A DNA stretch of 26,324 nucleotides, taken from positions 1 through 26,324 of the forward strand of contig CAYHFP010000001.1 in NCBI GenBank assembly GCA_964355995.1, read 5' to 3'. The translations under genes and the position numbers were made by a program. Below, in pieces: positions 15,365-23,347 of the stretch (the first letter of the stretch is position 1; each line of letters opens with the position of its first letter). The notes below the pieces were generated by a model. It ran no database searches. It was not told where the DNA came from and was given only the letters and a program-made list of their open reading frames with translations. The DNA comes from an uncultured Candidatus Saccharibacteria bacterium (lineage in GTDB: Bacteria; Patescibacteriota; Minisyncoccia; Minisyncoccales; Staskawiczbacteraceae).

Positions 15365-15375
15365 GGGCTTTTCTT
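15350..15375. terminator. Hairpin between the avd 3' end and the TR 3' end, possibly bidirectional
   Basis: aagaaaagccc-ctaa-gggcttttctt. Confidence 0.65.
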
Positions 15376-15384
15376 CATTATATA

Positions 15385-15508
15385 GGAACTTCGGAGCGAG
15401 CGCAGATATTGTCATTGGAGTTATCGGGGTTGTAGTTGTTGCCATAGACCTTGCTATTGCCAGAGTTGAAGTTGAGGTAAGGGACATTACCATTGGAATC
15501 GCGCGAAC
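15385..15508 (-). ncRNA. DGR template repeat (TR)
   Basis: 124-bp ungapped match to the VR, with 34 adenines and 11 AAY codons in the target frame. Confidence 0.95.
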
Positions 15509-15704
15509 GCATATTGTGTAGTTACATCTATGTCACCGGTAATACAAAATTAGTATTCCCTGAGTTTTTCTCTGTCCGTCGCAGAGCAGTTTTCCGAGTC
15601 AAAGTTACTCAAGATAATTACACAAGCAGTTCCCAAATTGTATTGCGGCAAACCGATATTCCGTAGAACCGGTTATATTAGCCAAGATTATTGTATAAAA
15701 AAAT

Positions 15705-15745
15705 ACCGCTTTTTGCAACATCTTAGTGATGTTGCAAAAAGCGGT
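15705..15745 (-). terminator. 18-bp-stem hairpin after the DGR target gene
   Basis: accgctttttgcaacatc-ttagt-gatgttgcaaaaagcggt, followed by a T-run on the minus strand. Confidence 0.75.
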
Positions 15746-15778
15746 TTGATTGACGGAATTCAAAAATTCAAGAACTCG

Positions 15779-15798
15779 CGTCAACTTGCGAGTTGACG
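15779..15798. promoter_or_regulatory. Candidate DGR homing hairpin directly 3' of the VR
   Basis: cgtcaact-tgcg-agttgacg, 8-bp stem with 4-nt loop. Confidence 0.6.
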
Positions 15799-16572
15799 GG
15801 GAACTGCGGAGCGAGCGCAGACAGGGCCACCGGAGTGATCGGGGCTGCAGTCGTAGCCATAGACCTTGCCATCGCCAGAGTCGAAGAAGAGGCAAGGGAC
15901 AAGACCATAGGAAACGCGCGAACCTCCCGACTTCGTCCACCTCGCGACATTCAAATGACCTCCTGTCGTTATGTGATACGCCAACTCCAACAACCAGTCC
16001 TCGAGGTGCGTCGTATCAACCAACCCTTGGCTCCGGCGCCAGTTGGCGTCTTGATTGGCATTGACGGGAGGCTCCACAGTTGCCTCAACATCAACCACAT
16101 ACGACCCGTCCCGGTAAGGGTTGCGGTCGTTGCGTTTGATGTTTTTGACTTGGTCATCGGCGAACGCGGTATCCATATCTGCGTACCACGATTTCGCCGC
16201 AAATTTCGGCTTCGCCTTGGCACCAATTTGGTGAAGTGCGTCCCGGACTTTGTTGAGCGTGACGAGACGAATTTCTTCATCTCCATCTCTGCGAAAAAAA
16301 TCCAAAACTGGCACTGTCCATCGGCCCATCCTGTCGCCCATCTCCAAGCCGGCGATTTTGGCATCGTATTCTTCGGGTTCAACGCCAAGGATTTTGTAGG
16401 TCACCCGCCAATCCAACGCGGTGGGCAGCGGTACTTCTTCAATCACCACTGGCGGATTAACTTCTACCAACATCCACTCGCCACGCAGAAGCGCTTCGGC
16501 ACGATCTTCTCCGCCGATTTTGTTGATGACGGATTCGAGCCAATTACCTGTCCTGTGTCCATACTTTGACAT
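15781..16572 (-). CDS. DGR target protein with a variable C-terminus (probably CLec-like fold)
   Basis: VR encodes SRVSYGLVPCLFFDSGDGKVYGYDCSPDHSGGPVCARSAV; probable start MSKYGHRTG. Confidence 0.9.
   Translation of the reverse strand: MSKYGHRTGNWLESVINKIGGEDRAEALLRGEWMLVEVNPPVVIEEVPLPTALDWRVTYKILGVEPEEYDAKIAGLEMGDRMGRWTVPVLDFFRRDGDEEIRLVTLNKVRDALHQIGAKAKPKFAAKSWYADMDTAFADDQVKNIKRNDRNPYRDGSYVVDVEATVEPPVNANQDANWRRSQGLVDTTHLEDWLLELAYHITTGGHLNVARWTKSGGSRVSYGLVPCLFFDSGDGKVYGYDCSPDHSGGPVCARSAVPRQLAS
15800..15923 (-). repeat. DGR variable repeat (VR) at the 3' end of the target gene
   Basis: 22 mismatches to the TR, all at TR adenines. Confidence 0.95.
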
Positions 16573-16755
16573 CACAACCTTCTTTCTCTGGCTGATAACC
16601 AGAATTATTCCCACACCTGATAGGCGGGGGCCACGAAATGTGGCGATGCCAAGCCGCCAAAATAGCAGCCATAGCCAAAAATCCTCTTTTTTAAAAAGAC
16701 TTTTGGCTATGGCTAGCTAAATTTCAATTCTAAAAGAGCTTTAAACTATGTAATA

Positions 16756-16785
16756 ACTATAGCATACAATGTAATAATATGTCAA
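16756..16785 (-). promoter_or_regulatory. Sigma70-type promoter for the DGR target gene
   Basis: Minus strand TTGACA-18-TATAGT with extended -10 TG. Confidence 0.55.
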
Positions 16786-16800
16786 GCTTTTTAGGTGCTT

Positions 16801-16832
16801 TCAAAAGGTGCGCCCGCGGGCGCACCTTTTGA
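16801..16832. repeat. Perfect 32-bp palindrome, CCCGCGGG core
   Basis: tcaaaaggtgcgcccg|cgggcgcaccttttga. Confidence 0.9.
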
Positions 16833-16878
16833 TTTTTTTTCACATTCTAACTCCTAAATACCAAATTCCAAATACTCA

Positions 16879-18411
16879 CTAACGCGCATACTCCACAATT
16901 CGATTCTCTCGAATCACGGTCACCTTAATTTCTCCTGGGTATTTTAATTCTTCTTCAATATTTTGAGCAATTTGTTTGGCAATTTTATTTGCTCCCAAGT
17001 CATCAATTTTTTCTGCTTTCACAAACACGCGAATTTCACGCCCAGCTTGAATAGCATAAGCCTTTTCAATGCCATCAAATTTATTGGCAATATCTTCAAG
17101 AGCCTTGAGTCGTTGCAAATAATTTTCAATGGTGTCCTTTCTTGCCCCTGGACGTGACCCAGAAATCGAATCCGCCACCGTCACAATCACCGCTTCAATA
17201 GTATCTGATGGGTAATCGTTATGGTGAGAACGCATAGCGTGAATAACCGCCTCAGATTCGCCATATTTTTCCAAAATTTTAATTCCAATTTCAATGTGTG
17301 AACCTTGAATTTGTTGGTCCAAAGCTTTTCCAATGTCGTGAAAAAGCGCGCCACGTTTAGCTACTTGGCTATCGGCTTTTAATTCATCAGCAATGGTTTC
17401 GGCAATTTGCGCCACTTCCATAGAGTGGGCCAATACATTTTGACCATAACTGGTTCGGTAATGAAGCCTGCCCAAAATTTGCACCAATTTATCATGAACT
17501 CCGACAATTCCCAAGTCATAAATAGCTTTTTCACCCGCTTGCTTTATAATTTGAGTAATTTCTTCCGTTGCTTCGGCCACCTTTTCTTCAATTTTAGCCG
17601 GCTGAATCCTGCCATCGGCAATTAATTTATCCAAAGCAATTTTAGCAATTTGTCTTCTAATTGGATTAAAGCAAGAAATCACCACAGAATCCGCACTTTC
17701 ATCCAAAATTAATTCCACGCCCGTCATTTTTTCAAAAGTCTTAATGTTTCGGCCTTCTTTACCAATAATTCTTCCCTTAATGTCTTCGCTAGGTAGAATA
17801 ATTGTCGTCGTGCTCAATTCTTGAGTGTGAGGCACCGCCACTTTTTGAATGGCGAGCGCCACAATATCTCTTGCTTTAGATGATAGTGTATCGCGACCCT
17901 GCTCTTCCATTTTTTTAATTCTTTCTAAAATATCTTTTTGGTAATCAGTTTCCACCAAAGCCAAAAGTTCTTTTTTAGCATCTTCGCGAGATAAATTGGC
18001 CACTTTTTCTAATTTTCCTTCAGCTTCCAGCCTCAATTTGTCCACGCCCTCTTTTACCACCTTTAATTTTTCTACTTTATCCGTAAGTTCGGCATCTTTT
18101 TTATCGAACATAGAAACCTTATCCTCCAACAATTTTTCTCTATCCAACAAAACTTGCTGAGCTTTTAAAAACTCTTTTCTTCGTTGATCAATATCTTTTT
18201 GCGAGGCTTCAATTAATTGAGCCGATTTTACTTCAGCATTCTTAACCAACGATGCGGTTTCTTCTTTTACTTGAATGACTCTTTTTTGTAACTTTTCTTC
18301 AAGTGACCCTGCGCGCTTTTTTGCCAATGATTGACGGGCGTAATATCCAATCACGCATCCGGCAACCAGGGTCAAAACACCGACAATAAAATTTATAATT
18401 ATTTGATCCAT
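16879..18411 (-). CDS. rny: Ribonuclease Y
   Basis: N-terminal TM, coiled coil, KH motif KGRIIGKEGRNI, HD domain FHDIGKA, C-terminal AIQAGREIRV..YPGEIKVTVIRE. Confidence 0.97.
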   Translation of the reverse strand: MDQIIINFIVGVLTLVAGCVIGYYARQSLAKKRAGSLEEKLQKRVIQVKEETASLVKNAEVKSAQLIEASQKDIDQRRKEFLKAQQVLLDREKLLEDKVSMFDKKDAELTDKVEKLKVVKEGVDKLRLEAEGKLEKVANLSREDAKKELLALVETDYQKDILERIKKMEEQGRDTLSSKARDIVALAIQKVAVPHTQELSTTTIILPSEDIKGRIIGKEGRNIKTFEKMTGVELILDESADSVVISCFNPIRRQIAKIALDKLIADGRIQPAKIEEKVAEATEEITQIIKQAGEKAIYDLGIVGVHDKLVQILGRLHYRTSYGQNVLAHSMEVAQIAETIADELKADSQVAKRGALFHDIGKALDQQIQGSHIEIGIKILEKYGESEAVIHAMRSHHNDYPSDTIEAVIVTVADSISGSRPGARKDTIENYLQRLKALEDIANKFDGIEKAYAIQAGREIRVFVKAEKIDDLGANKIAKQIAQNIEEELKYPGEIKVTVIRENRIVEYAR

Positions 18412-18418
18412 GGCTTAC

Positions 18419-18520
18419 TAAATTCGAATATCGAATATCGAAATTCGAAACATATTTTAAAAATTAAAATTTATAATTTTGGATTTGTTTCGGACTTCGG
18501 ATTTCGTGCTTCGGATTTTA
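18419..18520. repeat. Heptamer-periodic imperfect inverted-repeat element
   Basis: aaattcgaatatcgaatatcgaaattcgaaaca ... tgtttcggacttcggatttcgtgcttcggattt. Confidence 0.65.
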
Positions 18521-18591
18521 TATTTTAATTATACGTAAAATATACCAACATGGTGAGTTTGGCATATTTTAAAAACTTTTAGGCTAGAGAG

Positions 18592-19176
18592 CTAGCGCGT
18601 GGTAGCAATAACTTCATCAATGAGACCGTATTCTTTGGCCTCTTGTGCGGTCAGATAGTAATCCCTGTCAGTGTCTTTTTCAACTCTGTCGATAGCTTGA
18701 CCCGTGTGTTTTGATAAAATTTGGTTTATCGATGCTTTGATTTTAATAATCTGCCTTGCGGTGATTTCTATTTCCGAAGCCTGTCCTTGAGCTCCCCCCA
18801 TAACTTGATGGAGCAAAATTTCAGCGTTAGTCAGAGCAAAACGTTTGCCCTTTGCGCCCGCTGCTAAAATAATGGCGGCCATAGAAGCCGTAAGCCCAAT
18901 ACAAATGGTAGAAACCGGGCATTTTAAATATTGCATCGTGTCGTAAATTGCTAAACCAGCTGTCACCGAACCCCCTGGGCTGTTAATGTAAAGCTTAATA
19001 TCTTTTTTAGGGTCTTTTGATTCCAAATAAAGCATCTGGGCGATAACCACATTGGCACTCGCATCATTGACTGGACCCGACAAAAAAACAATACGCTCTT
19101 CTAAAAGCCTTGAAAATATGTCATATGCGCGTTCACCGCGTTGTGATTTCTCTATAATAGTTGGAACTAATACCAT
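18592..19176 (-). CDS. clpP: ATP-dependent Clp protease proteolytic subunit
   Basis: [38 protein letters not shown]. Confidence 0.97.
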   Translation of the reverse strand: MVLVPTIIEKSQRGERAYDIFSRLLEERIVFLSGPVNDASANVVIAQMLYLESKDPKKDIKLYINSPGGSVTAGLAIYDTMQYLKCPVSTICIGLTASMAAIILAAGAKGKRFALTNAEILLHQVMGGAQGQASEIEITARQIIKIKASINQILSKHTGQAIDRVEKDTDRDYYLTAQEAKEYGLIDEVIATTR

Positions 19177-19179
19177 TAC

Positions 19180-19319
19180 GTCGAATTTGAAATTTGAAAT
19201 TCAAAATTTAAAATAAGTAGGTGTCGAAATTTTGATAAAGCAAAATTTCGACGTTTTTAATTATTTCAAATTCAGTATTTTCAAATTGATTTCAAATTTC
19301 AAATTGTAAATTTCAAATT
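19180..19319. repeat. Second copy of the TTTGAAA/TTTCAAA heptamer element
   Basis: tattttcaaattgatttcaaatttcaaattgtaaatttcaaatt shared with the 10192-10351 copy; it overlaps the tig stop codon. Confidence 0.75.
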
Positions 19320-20626
19320 TTCGAAAAACTCTCGAGTTTTTCGAACACTTTTTCGTTATAGATTGCACCTTTAGTATACTCTCTTAGCTCGTTAACGTCA
19401 ATTTTTTCTAATTGCTCTTTTGAATATCTTTGCATCACTTTTGTCATTTCTTCGTTTAATTCTTTTTCATCAACTTCAATATTTTCTGCTTTTCCAATTT
19501 CTCGCAGAACCAAAAAGTTTCTGATTCTCTTTTCAGCTTCCAAACTAAAAGATTTTTTCACCTCGTTTTCATCTTTTTTTACCGAAGCTAAATATTCATC
19601 AAAATCTATTTTGGCATTTTGGGCAATTTGATTTTTAAAATCTTCAAAAAGTCGCGCACTTTCGTAGTCCACCATTTTTTCTGGCAAATCAAAGGTAATT
19701 TTCTGTGAAACATTATGCAAAACTTCTCCTCGTTTTCGTTGTCTTTCTCCTTCCTGTTTTTCCATAGTTATTCCACCTCTGATATTTTCTTTCAAACTCA
19801 CCAAACTATCAAAAGCAGAGACGGGCGATCCGGCAGAGCCGACCCCGCTCGCGTCTTGACCCAAACTTTTTGCTAATTCATCATCAATTTCCGGTAATTC
19901 CATTTTTTGCACCAAAACCATCCTGACCTTAAAATCAGATTCTTTGCCCGCCAACTCTTTATTAGGAGTATTGTCGGGGAATTTTGCTTTAAATTCTTTT
20001 TCATCTCCCGCTTTCATCCCCAAAATATTATCTTCAAAATCTTTCAAAAATCCGCCTTCATTTAAAATAAAACTATCTTGAATTATTTTCCCGCCGTTAA
20101 TTTGGCTGTTTTGATATTCTATTTCCACAAAATCTTTTGGCTCAGCTCCACGCTCAACAGGCGAAAGTTTGGCTTTGCTTTTTTGCAAATAAATTACGGC
20201 GTCCTCAACTTCCTTTTCATCAACTAAAATGTCTTGCCCTTTTACTTTTTTGGCTATTTCTTGATAGTCCGGCAAAACAATTTCTGGCAAAACCGAAATT
20301 TTTACCACAAATTCAAAAGGCGAACCCTTGGCGATTTTTTTAATTTGGACTTCTGGATCTCCAATAGGTTCTAGCTTACTTTCAGTAACAAAATCTCTGT
20401 AAGATTTTTTAACCGCTAAATCTCCCGCTTCCATGAGCAAATTCTCATTACCAATCTTTTCTTCCACCATTTTTAAAGGCACCGCACCCTTGCGAAATCC
20501 ATCCATTTTGACCTGGTCTTTTAATTTCAAAAGCGCGCCCTCAAGATATTTTTGAAATTCGTCGGCAGTTAACTCAAACTCAACTTCTATTTGCGATTTT
20601 GGTAATTTTTTAATGGTATTTTTCAT
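19313..20626 (-). CDS. tig: Trigger factor, with a 15-aa in-frame insertion
   Basis: GFRKGAVP ribosome-binding motif, FKBP domain, next to clpP. Confidence 0.95.
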   Translation of the reverse strand: MKNTIKKLPKSQIEVEFELTADEFQKYLEGALLKLKDQVKMDGFRKGAVPLKMVEEKIGNENLLMEAGDLAVKKSYRDFVTESKLEPIGDPEVQIKKIAKGSPFEFVVKISVLPEIVLPDYQEIAKKVKGQDILVDEKEVEDAVIYLQKSKAKLSPVERGAEPKDFVEIEYQNSQINGGKIIQDSFILNEGGFLKDFEDNILGMKAGDEKEFKAKFPDNTPNKELAGKESDFKVRMVLVQKMELPEIDDELAKSLGQDASGVGSAGSPVSAFDSLVSLKENIRGGITMEKQEGERQRKRGEVLHNVSQKITFDLPEKMVDYESARLFEDFKNQIAQNAKIDFDEYLASVKKDENEVKKSFSLEAEKRIRNFLVLREIGKAENIEVDEKELNEEMTKVMQRYSKEQLEKIDVNELREYTKGAIYNEKVFEKLESFSKI

Positions 20627-20675
20627 ATATTTTTTGGCCCCGCGAAGCTTTAGCGAAGTGGGGTTATTTCTGTTT

Positions 20676-21503
20676 TCATTTTTTTAATTTTTTATTTTTT
20701 TCTCCTTCTATCTTCTTTTTTTCTTTTTGTAATTCTTTAATATGTTTTTCTGTAGGTAGATTTTCTGGCAACTCCCCACCAATATTTTTAATCGTTTGCC
20801 TTATCTTTCCCCCTACCATAAAATGTGTTTTTGAGGCTAAATCTTGGCCCCTTATATTATCTTTTCTAATTTTTTCATCAGTTTGAGTAATTCTAAATAA
20901 ATTAGCCGCCAACTCAGCCGCTCCAGCCACATCTAATAATTCTCCTTTTTTAATTTTTTTGTGTCGTTCCAATATTGGCAAATCCATACCATAAAGACCT
21001 CTATATCCCGCATTATTAAATGCTCCAAAATGAGTAACCCCAGCGCCTTTCGCCGTTTTAAAAAGTTTTTTATTTTGATTAGAAACTTCGCCTCGAATAA
21101 ACAATCTTTTATCGCTAGCAGATAATTGCTCAAATATTTCTTGCTTCCTAGTTTGCACAGCAAAATAAGTTTGAGCCAAAGCTACCTCTTTCTTATTTGA
21201 ATCTCCATTTTGAGCTACAAGATAACAAGCATATCTATCTAATTTATAATCCTTAACTTCTCTTACCGCATCAGAGCCGATTGTAACCATTTTAACCATT
21301 CGGTTAAAATGGTTTTCCACAATCTCGCCACTATTCATACATGCCCGAGTAGCCCTTATGATAACTTCTTCTGCTTTTTGCCAATTTTCGTAACCTAACA
21401 TAGGAAGCAACTCACGAGCTTCCCAATATTCAACTCCTTTTTCATCAATTTTCTTTATTTTTTCAAAACTCTTATAAGAATCTGATAAAATTAAGTCATT
21501 CAT
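20676..21503 (-). CDS. dinD: DNA-damage-inducible protein D (DinD/BRO-like) family
   Basis: YWEARELLPMLGY, LDRYACYLVAQNGD, AQTYFAVQTRKQE, LAANLFRITQT. Confidence 0.85.
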   Translation of the reverse strand: MNDLILSDSYKSFEKIKKIDEKGVEYWEARELLPMLGYENWQKAEEVIIRATRACMNSGEIVENHFNRMVKMVTIGSDAVREVKDYKLDRYACYLVAQNGDSNKKEVALAQTYFAVQTRKQEIFEQLSASDKRLFIRGEVSNQNKKLFKTAKGAGVTHFGAFNNAGYRGLYGMDLPILERHKKIKKGELLDVAGAAELAANLFRITQTDEKIRKDNIRGQDLASKTHFMVGGKIRQTIKNIGGELPENLPTEKHIKELQKEKKKIEGEKNKKLKK

Positions 21504-21585
21504 AACATTTTTTTAATTCTTTCTATTTTGAGCTATCCAGAAATTCCGGACAACTCACCTATGTGCACTTTTTGCACATCTCTTT

Positions 21586-21939
21586 TTACAAATTATCTAT
21601 TTTTGATGCCATAATAAAATCGTTTTCGGATAGTCCTTTTACAAAATGTGTCCAGAGCGTAACTTCTACTTTATTGTAGTGAATGGCGATATCTGGATGA
21701 TGCCCTTCGCTTTCGGCAATTTCAGCAATCTGATTTACAAATTTCATCGCCTGCACAAAATCCCCAAACTTAAATTCTCTCACTATCTTGTTACTTTCAA
21801 TAAATTCTCCACCTTCGCCAAGGCTTCGGCGGACAAGCCAGCCCGTTTTTAGTTGTGAAAAGTAATCCTTAATCTCGCCTTGAGTCAAAAGCTTAATTCG
21901 CCCATGCGGCACACATTTTTTATCTACCAAATTTTCCAT
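21586..21939 (-). CDS. Pterin-4-alpha-carbinolamine dehydratase family, with a 10-aa in-frame insertion
   Basis: CVPH.., FVNQIAEIAESEGHHPDI, LWTH..GLSENDFIMASKID. Confidence 0.92.
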   Translation of the reverse strand: MENLVDKKCVPHGRIKLLTQGEIKDYFSQLKTGWLVRRSLGEGGEFIESNKIVREFKFGDFVQAMKFVNQIAEIAESEGHHPDIAIHYNKVEVTLWTHFVKGLSENDFIMASKIDNL

Positions 21940-22152
21940 AAATTTAATCTATGGCCTACTTTCTGCGATAGCAGAGGTTAGGCTATATCAATATTTACTA
22001 ACCTTTCCACAAATTTATTTTAAATATTATCTATAGTATACTATTTCGATAAGATTTTCAATTTTTGCCAACAAAAACATTGACGAAAGGCAAACAAATA
22101 TGCTAACTTTATTTTAGTTTCTTTCCCAACCTAAGCCCAAGGAGCCACAAAA

Positions 22153-22614
22153 ATGGCACTTTCTTTACAGGAATTATCTGGAGCTTACGCAAATGCCCTT
22201 GAAGCATTCAACACTCTTTCTCAACTACCAGATCACAATCCAAAAGAAAAAGGTGGCTATTTAGTCATCTTAAGTATGCGCTCTGGCATTGTCGAGGCCA
22301 TTCTGCTCATCGGTGAATGTAGTGCCGAAAATGCTTCAAGATATCACCGATTCGCTTTAGAGAAAGCCATGAGACTCTCTGAGCACCGAGATCACGTCAG
22401 CAGTTGGCAAAGTCGAAATCCGGAAAAAGAACAATATCAGGGAGGGGTTAAATTCGGCGACTACGTCCATGCTTTTTCGGGGCTCAGTGAAAAAAAAGAT
22501 GAAGTTATTGCTTTGATGAGTATTGTAGGAGCATCTCATATAAAACGACGTGATGCTAGACAAATCGCTGAGATTAGCGATAATATTGAACTTCTTGTTC
22601 AATGCCTAGACTAG
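22153..22614 (+). CDS. Hypothetical protein, possibly GlcG/HbpS-like fold
   Basis: ALEKAMRL..HVSSWQSR..YQGGV..AFSGL pattern; AAGGAG RBS; downstream terminator. Confidence 0.5.
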   Translation: MALSLQELSGAYANALEAFNTLSQLPDHNPKEKGGYLVILSMRSGIVEAILLIGECSAENASRYHRFALEKAMRLSEHRDHVSSWQSRNPEKEQYQGGVKFGDYVHAFSGLSEKKDEVIALMSIVGASHIKRRDARQIAEISDNIELLVQCLD

Positions 22615-22634
22615 TGTCAAAATAAAATTCCAAG

Positions 22635-22662
22635 GCGAACGCAAAGCGTTCGCTTCTTTTTT
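22635..22662 (+). terminator. Rho-independent terminator
   Basis: gcgaacgc-aaa-gcgttcgc followed by a T-run. Confidence 0.75.
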
Positions 22663-22680
22663 TGTATAAAAATCCCTATA

Positions 22681-22938
22681 TTACTTTTTGTAAAACTTCT
22701 TTACCCACCATTTTTTGATAAATGGTAGTGACTGGGTGGATAAATAATAACCAGTAGTTGGGATTAACGGACTCACCAAGTAATTTTTGACTCCAATCAA
22801 GTAAAAAACAATGGCGGTGATAATATAAGTCGCAACTAAAATAAAAAACATCCGAGTAAAACTTGTTTCCCAAGCCTTATCCATTTCAACCTTTTTATTT
22901 CTTTCCTGAATTAAATTAATTTCTTTTTCTATATCCAT
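22681..22938 (-). CDS. Small two-TM conserved hypothetical protein
   Basis: ERNKKVEMDKAWETSFTR followed by two hydrophobic helices. Confidence 0.75.
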   Translation of the reverse strand: MDIEKEINLIQERNKKVEMDKAWETSFTRMFFILVATYIITAIVFYLIGVKNYLVSPLIPTTGYYLSTQSLPFIKKWWVKKFYKK

Positions 22939-22990
22939 GAACTTGATTTAATAATTACTGCCCCTAATTTCCATTTTCATAAAATAAAGA

Positions 22991-23347
22991 TCACCCCCAT
23001 TCACCAGATGTAAATTCTATTTTACCGCCTAGAAAATATATTCCTGTTTTCCCATCGTCAGTACTAAATTTAACACCATACTTCTCCGCAATAATGAAGG
23101 GGCCCTCCATAAAATCTCCGTCCTCTTCTCTTGCTGTCCCAAATTTTTTCTGTTTTTCCCATAAATCATCGACATCAATAAGTGTTCTCTCGTTAAACAT
23201 TTCACTTAATTTATACTCCATCATTAAGGCAAAGGCATGAGATGTACAACTATTCTTACCTTTTTGATCATGAACAGGTATATTATATGGATTAAGAACT
23301 TTATATGATTCTGGAATTTTTCTATCCCATTGAAGTTTTATTTTCAT
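22991..23347 (-). CDS. Papain-like (C1) peptidase N-terminal fragment
   Basis: VHDQKGKNSCTSHAFA motif; ATGA overlap with the upstream gene; no catalytic His/Asn region. Confidence 0.6.
   Translation of the reverse strand: MKIKLQWDRKIPESYKVLNPYNIPVHDQKGKNSCTSHAFALMMEYKLSEMFNERTLIDVDDLWEKQKKFGTAREEDGDFMEGPFIIAEKYGVKFSTDDGKTGIYFLGGKIEFTSGEWG

Noticed and set aside
15380-15512. Short ORF through the TR (MRSRDSNGNVPYLNF...)
   Set aside because: TRs are naturally stop-free in the VR frame; no evidence it is translated.
15605-16720. Several alternative-frame and antisense ORFs over the DGR target, including 15793-16569(+), 258 aa
   Set aside because: Expected in a GC-rich gene. Only the 15781-16572 frame puts TR adenines in AAY codons and has its own promoter.
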